Positions 1-11,983 of a DNA stretch of 64,000 nucleotides are shown here, one piece after another. Made by a program: the position numbers and the translations under genes. The notes under the pieces are model-generated. The model worked only from the letters and a program-made list of their open reading frames with translations. It had not been told where the DNA came from and made no database searches. The number at the start of each line of letters is the position of its first letter. Position 1 is the stretch's first letter. The stretch is from an uncultured Gammaproteobacteria bacterium (GTDB lineage: Bacteria; Patescibacteriota; Patescibacteriia; UBA11705), in contig CAYPSS010000001.1 of NCBI GenBank assembly GCA_964413735.1, forward strand, positions 140,679 through 204,678. The letters run 5' to 3'.

Positions 1-113
1 GCAAAATGATAATGTCGGTAAAATTATAGCAAACTTTATTATAATAGTCAAGATTTAGTAGGTAAATAATTTTGATGAATTGAAAAATTTGATTTTTCCG
101 TTATAATGTATTT

Positions 114-1172
114 ATGTCTAGCTATAAAACAATAAAAATTTTAGCCATTGAAACCAGCTGTGATGAAACCGCGGTAGCTTTGATTTGTGTTGATCAAAAT
201 AATTTTACTCCATTGCAGAGCGTTATTTCTTCACAAGTAAAAACTCATGCTAAGTTTGGTGGAGTGGTGCCGGAAGTAGCCGCCAGAATGCATATTAAAC
301 AAATTTTACCTTTGATTGATTTGGTTTTGAAAAAAGAAAAAATTAAACCTCAGGATTTAAACGCTATTGCGGTTACCGGTGGGCCGGGGTTAATCAGTTC
401 TTTGTTGGTGGGAACAGAGACGGCTAAAGCACTGGCTTTTGCGTGGAAGAAACCATTGATTAAAGTAAATCATATTGAGGGGCATGTATATTCATCTTTA
501 ATAAATGAAAAACCGAAAAATATTGCAAAATTATTTCCCGCGCTTTCATTAGTTGTGTCCGGCGGACACACTGAGTTAATATTAATGAAAGAACATGGAA
601 AATATAAGTTTATCGGTGGCACGAGAGATGATGCGGTGGGTGAAGCTTTTGATAAAGTCGCCAAAATTCTTAATCTTGGTTATCCCGGGGGGCCGGCTGT
701 TTCTCGTTTGGCTCTTGAATATAAATCAATCAATAAAAAGCTTTTTGATTTACCGCGACCAATGATCAATGTCCCGGGATTTGAAATGAGCTTTTCCGGT
801 ATTAAGACTGCGGTTTTGTATGCCTGGGAAAAATCAGGGAAAACCAAAGCTCAAAAAATTGCCATGGCTTATGAATTTCAAGAAGCGGTAACTGATGTTT
901 TGGTGTCAAAAACTTTATTGGCAGCTAAAAAATATCAAGTTAAGAGTTTATTTATTGGGGGTGGGGTGGCGGCGAATCAAAGATTGCGATCAAAATTAAC
1001 CACTATTTTTGAAAACAATTTACCTGAGATTAATTTGAAATTTCCGGCTATGGAAAATACGGGTGATAATGCTTTGATGATTGCCTTGCCTGCTTATTTC
1101 CATTATTTGAAAAAAGATTTTCAAAAAATAAAAGGGTTTCGTCCTGATCCCAATTGGGAATTGGTGCGTTAA
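114..1172 (+). CDS. tsaD: tRNA N6-adenosine threonylcarbamoyltransferase TsaD (Kae1/YgjD family)
   Basis: 352 aa; HIEGH metal-binding motif (NHIEGHV), glycine-rich ASKHA-fold segments; followed immediately by tsaE. Confidence 0.9.
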   Translation: MSSYKTIKILAIETSCDETAVALICVDQNNFTPLQSVISSQVKTHAKFGGVVPEVAARMHIKQILPLIDLVLKKEKIKPQDLNAIAVTGGPGLISSLLVGTETAKALAFAWKKPLIKVNHIEGHVYSSLINEKPKNIAKLFPALSLVVSGGHTELILMKEHGKYKFIGGTRDDAVGEAFDKVAKILNLGYPGGPAVSRLALEYKSINKKLFDLPRPMINVPGFEMSFSGIKTAVLYAWEKSGKTKAQKIAMAYEFQEAVTDVLVSKTLLAAKKYQVKSLFIGGGVAANQRLRSKLTTIFENNLPEINLKFPAMENTGDNALMIALPAYFHYLKKDFQKIKGFRPDPNWELVR

Positions 1173-1178
1173 TTTTTT

Positions 1179-1604
1179 ATGAAAACATATTTAGTTAAAA
1201 CAGAAGAAGAAACTTTGCGTTTAGCAGCTGAATACGCTCAAAAATTAACAGGTGGCGAAGTGGTATTATTAAATGGTAATCTTGGTGCCGGTAAATCGGT
1301 TTTTGTCAGGGGTGTGGCACGAGCCTTGGGTGTTAGAAATCGTATTACCAGCCCGACATTTGTTTTATTAAAAGTTTATCCGATTAAAAATAAGAAAATA
1401 AAAAAATTGATTCATGTTGATGCTTATCGTGTTTCCCCTGAAGATTTATTGGCTGTCGGGCTCTCTGAATATTTGAATAATCCTGATACTGTCGTGATGA
1501 TTGAATGGGGTGAAAAACTAACCAAAGTTTTGAAAAAACAAAAGATTAAAATACAAACAATTGATATAATGATTAATCAGTCGGATCGGAAAATAAGTTT
1601 TTAA
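1179..1604 (+). CDS. tsaE: tRNA threonylcarbamoyladenosine biosynthesis ATPase TsaE
   Basis: 141 aa; P-loop GNLGAGKS; 6-nt gap after tsaD. Confidence 0.75.
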   Translation: MKTYLVKTEEETLRLAAEYAQKLTGGEVVLLNGNLGAGKSVFVRGVARALGVRNRITSPTFVLLKVYPIKNKKIKKLIHVDAYRVSPEDLLAVGLSEYLNNPDTVVMIEWGEKLTKVLKKQKIKIQTIDIMINQSDRKISF

Positions 1605-1608
1605 TTAT

Positions 1609-2472
1609 ATGGTTTTTAATCCCTTTGAAAAAAAGAGTGCTAGTGATTTAATTAATCCTCTCAAATTGGATCGATTTCATTGTTCTGAAAATTACCGGTT
1701 TACACAAAAGGTAATCACTCCTTGGGAGGAATTGCGACCTAAAATTGAGAATTTTGGTGACGCGGGCATGGAGTTAGTTGGTGAAGTTGAACGTCAACGA
1801 GACTTGGAAGATATAAGAAGAATTAAAGAAAGTCCTAGTTATATCCATCAACGAACGGAAGCGGCAATTGTGGCCGAATATTTGGTGCCACAAATTATTG
1901 AAGATGAAATGGTTTTGGGTGATGAAGAAATTAATATCGGGATGGCTAGTGAATATGATGATATTTTCAGTGGTATAGATATTTATTTTGGGGTTCAGTA
2001 TGATGATGAGCCGGATAGACAATTCGTGGCAATTGATATAAAAACCAATGAAGGTGGTAGTCGTGAAAATGTTTATGTTCAGCAAGCCATTAAAAAAAAT
2101 GTTGATCGACATCGCTTTGGTAATTTGCCGGAATTAAAATATTTTATTGATCCGAGTGATGGTAGCCAGCGGGTAAATGTTCCAATGCTTAGGTTTGTTT
2201 TGGTTTTGGATAAAGATTATGTGGTTAAGTTGCGAGATATCTGTGTAAAAAAAAGAAGTGAGCGCAGTGTTAATGATTTACAAGAATTAAGAAAGTTTCG
2301 TCGGGTATTTTTAGAACGAATTCTTTTGGAATGTGCTGATATTTTAATTCAATTAAAGGCTTATGAAATTTCTGCTTCAGGAACCAAAAAAGATAAAATT
2401 CAAACAATAATTTTAGCATATTCAAAGTTTCAAAAATATTTGCGAGAGTTAAAAAAAAGAGTCATTGGTTAA
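1609..2472 (+). CDS. hypothetical protein (287 aa), acidic, no recognised domain
   Basis: long ORF tightly following tsaE (4-nt gap); family unknown. Confidence 0.5.
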   Translation: MVFNPFEKKSASDLINPLKLDRFHCSENYRFTQKVITPWEELRPKIENFGDAGMELVGEVERQRDLEDIRRIKESPSYIHQRTEAAIVAEYLVPQIIEDEMVLGDEEINIGMASEYDDIFSGIDIYFGVQYDDEPDRQFVAIDIKTNEGGSRENVYVQQAIKKNVDRHRFGNLPELKYFIDPSDGSQRVNVPMLRFVLVLDKDYVVKLRDICVKKRSERSVNDLQELRKFRRVFLERILLECADILIQLKAYEISASGTKKDKIQTIILAYSKFQKYLRELKKRVIG

Positions 2473-2764
2473 TGACTCATAGCTTTACATGTATTTTTGC
2501 AGTTGATAGGCCGGCACAAAGTCCGGCTTGGCCATCCGCCAGTACCAGTGGTGCAGACGGATCACCAAATCCTTGATCGGTTGCGGCCAATGCAAAATGA
2601 AAAAACGCCAGTAAGGAGCAACTAAAAATCGAATTTGCCAAGAAATTTCTTGAAAGTTTTCTTTGAAAGAAATCAGCCTCTTCATAGGGGAGTCCCTCCT
2701 ATGGGAAAGTTCTATAGCTTGTATATATTACAAGAAAAATATATTTTTGTCAATAGCTAACAAA

Positions 2765-2790
2765 AAAACGCCAGATTAAAGGCGTTTTTA
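2765..2790. terminator. bidirectional intrinsic terminator (aaaacgcc-agattaaa-ggcgtttt) downstream of pilB-like gene
   Basis: GC stem flanked by A- and T-tracts. Confidence 0.6.
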
Positions 2791-2798
2791 TATATAAT

Positions 2799-4553
2799 TT
2801 ATTGAGCAACACGGAAAACTTCTTCAATCGAGGTGATTCCTTGAGAGGCTTTAATTAAACCATCTTGGAGCATGGTTAACATTTGATTTTCCGTCGCCCA
2901 TTTTTCAATATCATCAGTTGATGGTGTTCCGGAAATAATATTTTTTCGCATTTGTTCATTAAGAACCATAATTTCATAGATACCAATGCGTCCTTTGTAT
3001 TTCAAATTATTGCATTTTTCACATCCTTGACCAATATAAAATTTTAAATTATCCATTTTCGGACGATCAGGATGATCAGATGGTATTTTATTTAATTCAG
3101 ATTTAATTATTTCTAATTCTTCAGGGGTTGGTTGATACTCAGTTTTGCAATTCTCACAAATACGGCGAACTAATCTTTGTCCCATAATTGTGTTAATCGC
3201 TGGCGCTAAGAAATGTCCTTTTACTCCCATATTCATTAAACGCGGAATTGCTCCGGCCGCATTATTGGTGTGAATGGTAGAAATTACTAAGTGACCGGTA
3301 AGTGCAGCATTTACCGCTACATCAGCGGTTTCCAAGTCACGAATTTCCCCCACCATAACAATATCCGGATCTTGACGTAAAATGGAGCGTAGGCCATCAG
3401 CAAAAGAGTATTTTTTGCTGTGATCAATTTGACTTTGATTGATGCCTTTTAAACGATACTCAATTGGATCTTCCAAGGTAATTATTTTTGTTCCTTCTTT
3501 GTTTAATTTATTTAGAATTGCGTACAAAGTAGTGGTTTTACCGGAGCCGGTTGGACCGGTGGTGATTATCATACCATGAGGTTTGGAGCTTTCTTTTTCC
3601 AATCGTGTTTTGGCAATGCCAAATAAACCAAGATCTTCAAATTGTAAACTGGCCGCTGATGATTTCAAAATACGCATTACCACTGATTCTCCATAAGAGG
3701 TTGGTAAGGTGGAAACACGGACATCAATTTCTTCGTCGCTTTTTAAAATAGTAAAACGACCATCTTGCGGTTTGTCATTGATGTTGATTTTCAAACCGGA
3801 AACTTGTTTGATGCGGGCGATCAATTGAGTCCAAATTTCTTTTTGCAAACTGGCTGCATCATGTAAAATACCGTCAACCCGCAAACGAATTTTCACCTCA
3901 TCTTCTTCGGTCTCAATATGAATATCAGAAGATCCAGATTGCAAAGCCGCAGCAATTATCAAAGAAGTCATTTCGGTTAAATTGGTGATTTTTTTTAATG
4001 ATTCATTTAGTTTGGTAAAGTCATTGCCCAAATTTTCATATTTTAATAAATCCTTTTCAGTAATCTCAATACCTTTGGGCGGTTTTTTGTAAACCGGAAT
4101 TTTGTCGTAAAGTTTTGCCGTTATTTCAAAGCTATGATCGGAAATTTGATATATTTCCACTTTACCGCGCATTCTTTCACCAATTTGATAAGCTAATTCC
4201 TTGATCTTTTCGTCATTGGGATTAACAGCACCAATTCTAATCTCTTGACCAACATATAAAAAGCAGATTACCTTTAGTTCTTCCGCAGTTTGACGTGGAA
4301 TAATGGCAATGGTTTCCGGGCTGATGGGAAATCCGATTAAATCAATATAAGGGAGACCTTGTTGGAAGGCTTTTTTTTGGATTTTTTGTTCTTGTTCTTG
4401 CAAACTGATATCTGTTAATTTTTGGCTTAATTTAGCGGTTGGAGATTGATCATCAGAGGCTTTGCTCGCGGTGGCTTTTGTTTTTGTGGCGGAGGTTGAC
4501 TTCAGTTGCTTCGGATCTTTCAACAAATCTTCAATTGAATTGGCAGTAACCAT
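2799..4553 (-). CDS. pilB: type II secretion / type IV pilus assembly ATPase (GspE/PilB family)
   Basis: 584 aa; Walker A GPTGSGKTTT, Walker B DPDIVMVGEIRD, C-terminal tetracysteine CENCK...CEKC, N-terminal GSPII_E_N-like domain. Confidence 0.9.
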   Translation of the reverse strand: MVTANSIEDLLKDPKQLKSTSATKTKATASKASDDQSPTAKLSQKLTDISLQEQEQKIQKKAFQQGLPYIDLIGFPISPETIAIIPRQTAEELKVICFLYVGQEIRIGAVNPNDEKIKELAYQIGERMRGKVEIYQISDHSFEITAKLYDKIPVYKKPPKGIEITEKDLLKYENLGNDFTKLNESLKKITNLTEMTSLIIAAALQSGSSDIHIETEEDEVKIRLRVDGILHDAASLQKEIWTQLIARIKQVSGLKININDKPQDGRFTILKSDEEIDVRVSTLPTSYGESVVMRILKSSAASLQFEDLGLFGIAKTRLEKESSKPHGMIITTGPTGSGKTTTLYAILNKLNKEGTKIITLEDPIEYRLKGINQSQIDHSKKYSFADGLRSILRQDPDIVMVGEIRDLETADVAVNAALTGHLVISTIHTNNAAGAIPRLMNMGVKGHFLAPAINTIMGQRLVRRICENCKTEYQPTPEELEIIKSELNKIPSDHPDRPKMDNLKFYIGQGCEKCNNLKYKGRIGIYEIMVLNEQMRKNIISGTPSTDDIEKWATENQMLTMLQDGLIKASQGITSIEEVFRVAQ

Positions 4554-4740
4554 ATTGTTTGATTATTATTTCAACTATCATTATAGCAGATTTGATAATT
4601 TTATAAAAATTCAAATATAAATTAAATAAATAGTGTACATAACTTGGTTTGCCAAAATCCCGATTTATGGGTAAAATACTAGCAAGCACAATTGTAGGTA
4701 ATAATTAACTATTTCTGAAATAAAATAAATAATCAAAAAT

Positions 4741-5649
4741 ATGACAAGACGAAAGAAAACAACAGCTGAAGATTTGGGGCTTGAGGTTGAAACTGTACAA
4801 GAAAAAGCAAAAAAAACCACAAACAAAGAAGAACAAGTTTCTTTGTTTACTTTAGCGGTGGTGGCAATTGTAATTTTAGCCATTGTGGGCGTGGTTTTTG
4901 GCTATTTCCGTGATCAATTATCGGAAATTAAAAAAGAAGGCAAAGAAAATGTTGCCTTAAACAGTCAATTGGAAATTTTAAAAAAAGAAATCTCTGATTT
5001 GACCAGCAAAGCGCAAAAACTGGAATTGGAAAATATCATGAACAAGGAAATAGTTTTGAATTTATTTGATAAAAATCGTGAATTGCCCGATGAAGTTAAT
5101 TTTGAAGGTTGGTCGGTTTATAAAAATGAAGAAGCCGGTGTGCAATTAAATATTCCATCTGATTGGGAAGTGCAAAGCGCTAATAAGATTATAAATTCCG
5201 TTGAAAAAATGCCGGCATTAAGTGATGAACAAAAAAAGGAACAACCAGTTTCACCCAGTGAAAAGACATTAATATCAGAGGACGCAGATCCTCAATATCA
5301 ATTGATGCTTCAGCCGAAAAATGTGGCGGAAATGATTAAGGCCATAACTTTAAAAGATGATTATGTTGACTTATGGAAATTAAGTTTAGAAGAAAAACAG
5401 GATGTTTTTGCTAAAATAAATTTCATTGATCAACAAGAGTTTGATTTGGGAGTATTACTATATTTCATTGATATTGATGATAAGGACAATCAAATTCCTA
5501 CGGTTTTAATTTTAACCGATGATCGAATTATGCGCGCTACCTTTAATATTTTGGATCGTAATGTAAGTAATTATGTAAAGTACCGTTTGGATTTTGAAGC
5601 TTTGGTTACGGGAATAGAATTTTTGCCTGTGGCGGAAAAGACGGAATAA
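4741..5649 (+). CDS. hypothetical membrane-anchored protein (short cytoplasmic N-terminus, one TM, coiled coil, about 200-aa extracytoplasmic domain); PilN/PilO-like architecture only
   Basis: 302 aa; TM LFTLAVVAIVILAIVGVVFGYF followed by heptad-rich segment; divergent from pilB. Confidence 0.5.
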   Translation: MTRRKKTTAEDLGLEVETVQEKAKKTTNKEEQVSLFTLAVVAIVILAIVGVVFGYFRDQLSEIKKEGKENVALNSQLEILKKEISDLTSKAQKLELENIMNKEIVLNLFDKNRELPDEVNFEGWSVYKNEEAGVQLNIPSDWEVQSANKIINSVEKMPALSDEQKKEQPVSPSEKTLISEDADPQYQLMLQPKNVAEMIKAITLKDDYVDLWKLSLEEKQDVFAKINFIDQQEFDLGVLLYFIDIDDKDNQIPTVLILTDDRIMRATFNILDRNVSNYVKYRLDFEALVTGIEFLPVAEKTE

Positions 5650-5748
5650 TTTTTTGTTCAAAATTAGGAGACCTTGACGAAAGTCCGGGTCTTTTTTATT
5701 ATATGGAGGTATTAAAGATTATTTAATTTAATTTGATTTTATTAATTT

Positions 5749-6834
5749 ATGTCGTTTTCCATCGGAATTGTCGGGTTGCCAAATGTGGGGAAATCCACTC
5801 TTTTTAACGCTTTGACCAAAAAACAAATTGATATTGCCAATTATCCTTTTTGTACGATTGAGCCAAATAAAGGGATTGTCAAAGTCCCGGATGATCGTTT
5901 GGAAAAACTTTCGATTTTAAATAAATCAGAAAAAACCATTTATACAACGATTGAATTTATTGATATTGCCGGGTTGGTGCGTGGCGCTCATCAAGGCGAA
6001 GGCTTGGGAAATAAATTTTTGGCTAATATTCGAGAAGTGGATGCCATTGTCGAGGTGGTGCGAAATTTTCATAGCGGAGATATTATCCATGTGGCCGGTA
6101 AGGTTGACCCTGAAAGTGATATTGAAACCATTAATATGGAGTTGATATTTGCTGATTTGCAAACTTTGGATAATGCTTTGCCAAAAATGAAAGATAAATT
6201 AAAAAGCGCCAAAGCCAATGATGAAAAAAATTTACGCAAACAATTGGAAGTGTTTGAAAGAATCAAGCTTGATTTGGAAGCCGGCAAATTGATAAATAAA
6301 ATGGAATTAAGCGATGAAGAAAAAGAATTGATTAAAACTTATAATTTTTTAACTGCTAAGCCGATTTTTTATGTGGTTAATGTTGATGAAAATAACTTAA
6401 CCAAGGAGATTGATATTCCGCTTTTAAAAAATGAGGTGGTTATTCCCATTTGTGCCAAATTGGAATCAGATTTAACTTCATTATCTGATGAAGAAGTTAA
6501 GGAATATTTAACGCAAGCCGGATTGCCAATGACCGGACTTGATCGCGTGATTGTTGAGGCTTATAAAATTCTAAATTTAATTACTTATTTTACTTCCGGA
6601 CTAAAAGAATCGCGTGCTTGGACGATTGAGCGGGGAACTTTGGCACCTCAAGCGGCCGGTGTGATTCATACTGATTTTGAACGTGGGTTTATTGCCGCTG
6701 AAGTAATCAATTGGCGGGATTTATTGGATTGTGAGGGTGAAGTCAAGGCTAAGGAAAAAGGATTGTTAAGAATTGAAGGGAAAAATTATGAGATGAAAGA
6801 TGGTGATGTTTGTGTGTTTCGTTTCAATGTCTAA
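5749..6834 (+). CDS. ychF: ribosome-binding ATPase YchF (Obg-family GTPase)
   Basis: 361 aa; G1 [10 protein letters not shown]-terminal TGS domain. Confidence 0.9.
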   Translation: MSFSIGIVGLPNVGKSTLFNALTKKQIDIANYPFCTIEPNKGIVKVPDDRLEKLSILNKSEKTIYTTIEFIDIAGLVRGAHQGEGLGNKFLANIREVDAIVEVVRNFHSGDIIHVAGKVDPESDIETINMELIFADLQTLDNALPKMKDKLKSAKANDEKNLRKQLEVFERIKLDLEAGKLINKMELSDEEKELIKTYNFLTAKPIFYVVNVDENNLTKEIDIPLLKNEVVIPICAKLESDLTSLSDEEVKEYLTQAGLPMTGLDRVIVEAYKILNLITYFTSGLKESRAWTIERGTLAPQAAGVIHTDFERGFIAAEVINWRDLLDCEGEVKAKEKGLLRIEGKNYEMKDGDVCVFRFNV

Positions 6835-6892
6835 ATTTGACAATAAAGATAAATAATTTTAAGATGTAAATCCCTTAATCAAGAGGGGGTCT

Positions 6893-7402
6893 ATGAATTC
6901 TAATGACATGGTCATTCGTTTAAGAAAGATGAAAAGTGAACTTTTAAATGAAAGAACAGAATCATTGGCATCTTTGGAAAAATTACAAGCTCAAGAAAAA
7001 GTTTTAAGGGATAATTTAGTTGCGATTGATATTCAAATGAAAAATTTGATCGATCAGCTGAATCTTCATTATGATTTGCTTGGATTCCCTTTGTTGTCTG
7101 TATCTTTTGATCGAAAACCAGAGGAACATTGGGCATTGTTTACCATGACTTTGAGATTTGAACAATCGAGTCCCGGTAAAGATAAAATTGAAGCCAAAGT
7201 TGTTTTTGAATCTAAGAATTGTTTTTGTGAGCTTGATGAAAAGTATCATTGTAATTTCAAAGGCATGAAAATGTTTGGTGACCAAGAATTTCAGATGGCT
7301 GTTAGCGCAGAGTTTTGGGAATATGTTGCGACGCAAGTCGAGTTTACGGAATTTGTTTTCTTGGGTGAGTTATATTTCTTGCCTCCGGAAAAGAAGGAAT
7401 AA
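6893..7402 (+). CDS. hypothetical protein (169 aa)
   Basis: ORF with upstream SD-like aagagggggtct; same strand as and 74 nt upstream of next hypothetical, probable two-gene operon. Confidence 0.5.
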   Translation: MNSNDMVIRLRKMKSELLNERTESLASLEKLQAQEKVLRDNLVAIDIQMKNLIDQLNLHYDLLGFPLLSVSFDRKPEEHWALFTMTLRFEQSSPGKDKIEAKVVFESKNCFCELDEKYHCNFKGMKMFGDQEFQMAVSAEFWEYVATQVEFTEFVFLGELYFLPPEKKE

Positions 7403-7476
7403 AAATTGAACACTCAAATTGAGTGTTTTTTGTTTATTTGTTAGAATATTATTATAATTAAATAATAATTAAATTT

Positions 7477-8592
7477 ATGGTTTGGGGAGTATTTGAGAGT
7501 TTATTAGGTAAGAAAAAAAAGCCAAAAAATGAAGAAAATATTAAGGAAAACAAGAGGGAAACAGAGAAGAGTGATGTGAAAATTGAATTATCTGATGAAT
7601 CATTAACCAAAGAAGTAATGGATTTTAATGGGAGTTTTGTTCAAGATTCAACCATTAAAAAAATGGAAATTCGAGAAATCCCTGGTACTCAAGAGGTGGA
7701 GGTAACAATTTACATGCCCTATGGTGAAAATAATAAAACAGGGGTCCCGACTTCATTTGCAGGTCGTTTACCAGCACGACGTTTAGAACATTTTTTGCAT
7801 AACATTAATACGATTCATGGTTATTTGGGTGATGAGGTTGGTTTACGTGGTTTGGTATATTTGCGGGGAGTGGAGTCGCTATGGAAAACATTTTTGCAAG
7901 AACGAGAGGGGAAATTTGATCAATTGGTTACTTCTGTAGCCTCAAGTTTGCACGATAATTGGCGCGAACCAAGAAAAAATCAAGTTACCGGTAAATATGA
8001 ACCTCGTTGGAAACCGGCCGGTGATGCTTTGTTTGAAGCACGTTATAAAACTCAATTGCAACCGGGAGAAACCAAAGATAATGTGCGTATGACCGCTGAC
8101 GGTAATGTTGAAATTGATATTGCGAATACTGATTATGAAAATTTAACCCCAAAATGGCAACAAGAGAATTTGGCTTCAGCCGAGGTGGCGGTTTTTCAAT
8201 TAATGAATTATGTAAATGGTGAAAAAGTTCGTGGTCAGGAATTAAAAGAAATTGATCATTATCGATTAGAGGTTATTTCCTCTTTGGTACATCATTTTTG
8301 GTTGGATCGTAACCAATATGCCAAGGAAGATGCCGTCATGTCATTGCCATATCATTTTATGCGCCAAATTGCTAAGGGATCATTGGATAAATTAGATAGT
8401 AAACAGTTTTTAAAACGCATTGAGCGTGATATAGCTCAAGCCGAAAAAGAAAAAGGAAGCATCTTATCTCCAAAAGAAATTCAGTCTTTGATTGAAAAAA
8501 TTGCGCCCCTACATGCACATGAAGAAATGGAAAAAGATCGTGATATTTCCAGACAGGTTTCGCGCATGGCCGGAATTGAGCCTAAAGAATAA
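7477..8592 (+). CDS. hypothetical protein (371 aa)
   Basis: long ORF; no recognised motif. Confidence 0.5.
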   Translation: MVWGVFESLLGKKKKPKNEENIKENKRETEKSDVKIELSDESLTKEVMDFNGSFVQDSTIKKMEIREIPGTQEVEVTIYMPYGENNKTGVPTSFAGRLPARRLEHFLHNINTIHGYLGDEVGLRGLVYLRGVESLWKTFLQEREGKFDQLVTSVASSLHDNWREPRKNQVTGKYEPRWKPAGDALFEARYKTQLQPGETKDNVRMTADGNVEIDIANTDYENLTPKWQQENLASAEVAVFQLMNYVNGEKVRGQELKEIDHYRLEVISSLVHHFWLDRNQYAKEDAVMSLPYHFMRQIAKGSLDKLDSKQFLKRIERDIAQAEKEKGSILSPKEIQSLIEKIAPLHAHEEMEKDRDISRQVSRMAGIEPKE

Positions 8593-8646
8593 AATTCATT
8601 ATAAAAGAAAAAAACAAGACCTTGTCCTGTTTTTGAATTAAAGAAA

Positions 8647-9159
8647 TTAAGATTGTTGTAGTTTCCTGATAATGGGTTGAACCGCCGGATGCTTTGATTT
8701 CTTGGTCGGACTTTGGATCAATAATGTTTCTTGCCAGTAATTGTCCATTGACGTAGTTCGGCTATAGGTGGCCACTTCTTGTGTATCGGTATAATAAATA
8801 AAGGTTCTTAAATCACTCTTGTGAAACCAGCTAATATTTTCTGGACAATGAAGAATAACGATTTTGGCAATTTCAACTTCGCCATCGCGACTTTGTGGTT
8901 TTTGGCAAATTGAAATTACGGCAAAATATTGAGTATCTTTTTCTTTGAGAAAAGGAAAACAAATTCCAAGTTCATGCCATTGATTAAAAAATCCAATGTC
9001 CATCGGAGTAAAGTTTAGATACCATTGAGCCGTTAATTTTTTCACTTCATCTTGATTCAGACCAAGAGCGGAAAAAATCCAACCGACTTTTTCAAATAAA
9101 CATTTGAGAATAGCATTTTGATGAATTTTCTTCCTAATTAATTTGACGGTATCTGCCAT
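8647..9159 (-). CDS. hypothetical protein, paralog family A (170 aa)
   Basis: shares motifs with 9250..9759 product (GLNQ(D/E)EVK.L..QWY, ATYSRT, GKHP.VQ); own TTGACA-N17-TAAGAT promoter and SD gtcggagga. Confidence 0.55.
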   Translation of the reverse strand: MADTVKLIRKKIHQNAILKCLFEKVGWIFSALGLNQDEVKKLTAQWYLNFTPMDIGFFNQWHELGICFPFLKEKDTQYFAVISICQKPQSRDGEVEIAKIVILHCPENISWFHKSDLRTFIYYTDTQEVATYSRTTSMDNYWQETLLIQSPTKKSKHPAVQPIIRKLQQS

Positions 9160-9249
9160 TATTCCTCCGACATTTTTAATGCGTAGTTATCTTAACAAAA
9201 TCGTAACTCTTGTCAAATAAAAAAACAAGACATTGTCTTGTTTGTAGTA

Positions 9250-9759
9250 TTAGGCTTTTTGTAATTGGGCAATCAGATGTTGAACTCCCGGATGTTTTCC
9301 CTTGTTATTCGGATTTTGGATTAACAATAATTCTTCGCTGGAATTATCCTTAAGTACAGTCCGACTGTATGTAGCTACTGTTTGAGTATTCACATAGTTA
9401 ATGAAAGCGTTTAAATCTCCATTTTTAAACCAATCATCATTAGGTGTCTGGATAACAATGATTTTGGTTATTTCGACTTTTTCACTAGGGTCACGGGTTT
9501 CCTCGGAGTAGGAAACTACGACATAATAGTGAATATCAGCTTGGAGAAAAATTGGAAAGCAAACGGCAAATTCAGAGATGCGATTCCAAGAATCAGTAGT
9601 ATTTCGGGCAAATTCTATATACCATTGATTAACCAAACTTTTAACTTCTTCTTGATTGAGACCAAGAATTTTAAAGATCCAAGCGGCTTTTTCAGAGATA
9701 AATCTTAAAACCGTTTTTTGTACTGTTTGTTCATAGAGGAGTTTGATTTTTCTTTCCAT
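9250..9759 (-). CDS. hypothetical protein, paralog family A (about 169 aa; start moved to MERKIK after SD gaggtga)
   Basis: paralog of 8647..9159; promoter atttgacaaaaaatattcccctgctaagatg; track ORF begins 30 nt earlier. Confidence 0.55.
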   Translation of the reverse strand: MERKIKLLYEQTVQKTVLRFISEKAAWIFKILGLNQEEVKSLVNQWYIEFARNTTDSWNRISEFAVCFPIFLQADIHYYVVVSYSEETRDPSEKVEITKIIVIQTPNDDWFKNGDLNAFINYVNTQTVATYSRTVLKDNSSEELLLIQNPNNKGKHPGVQHLIAQLQKA

Positions 9760-9862
9760 TATCACCTCAGATTTTGAATGCGTAAGCATCTTAGCAGGGG
9801 AATATTTTTTGTCAAATAAAAAGAAGCGGTTTGAAGGCCGCTTCTTTGCGTAAAAATAAGCA

Positions 9863-11512
<1,650 letters not shown>

Positions 11513-11605
11513 TTATTGATAAAAATAGTTAATTAATTTTAATAATAAATTTAATAGTTTTTAATTATCTACACCCCCTATTTTCTAATCCCAAATCCCT
11601 AATTT

Positions 11606-11893
11606 TTACTCAATCACCGCTAAAATATCTGATTCGCTTAAAACCAAATAAGTTTGGTTATCAATTTTCACTTCATTTGGAGAGTACTTGGTGAAAACCA
11701 CTTTATCGCCGACTTTCAAATCAAGCGCAATCCTTTCTCCTTTGTCATTTAATTTTCCCGGACCAATGGCAATCACTTCACCCTTTTCCGGTTTTTCTTG
11801 GTTAACGGTGTCGGGGATAATAATACCGGATTCAGTGGTTCGTTCGTCATTTAGAGGTTTAACGATTACATGATCGTTTAAAGGTTTTAACAT
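11606..11893 (-). CDS. groES: co-chaperonin GroES (Hsp10)
   Basis: 95 aa; LKPLNDHVIVKPL... family sequence; upstream of groEL. Confidence 0.9.
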   Translation of the reverse strand: MLKPLNDHVIVKPLNDERTTESGIIIPDTVNQEKPEKGEVIAIGPGKLNDKGERIALDLKVGDKVVFTKYSPNEVKIDNQTYLVLSESDILAVIE

Positions 11894-11956
11894 ATTTAGA
11901 ACAACGAATTAACGGATGATTACAAATCAATGCTTGATTGGTAATGCCGCCATTCG

Positions 11957-11983
11957 TTAGCAGTTAAGTGTTTAGAGTGCTAA
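11957..11983. promoter_or_regulatory. CIRCE-like inverted repeat (ttagcagtt-N9-gagtgctaa), HrcA operator upstream of groES-groEL
   Basis: 7/9 + 9/9 match to TTAGCACTC-N9-GAGTGCTAA; located just downstream of a TTGACA-N16-TACAAT promoter on the minus strand. Confidence 0.7.

Noticed and set aside
470-664. Many short ORFs in the six-frame track lie antisense to or out of frame within strongly supported genes. Examples: 470..664, 1774..2112, 5926..6287, 10632..10856, 11232..11519, 20300..20509, 21404..21607, 22654..23224, 27170..27394, 30929..31538, 36276..36589, 37664..38921, 40790..41328, 43608..44896, 54274..56747, 57642..60143, 61987..62325.
   Set aside because: They overlap conserved housekeeping CDSs on the other strand or frame, lack SD sequences, and have low-complexity or atypical composition. 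I treated them as shadow ORFs.
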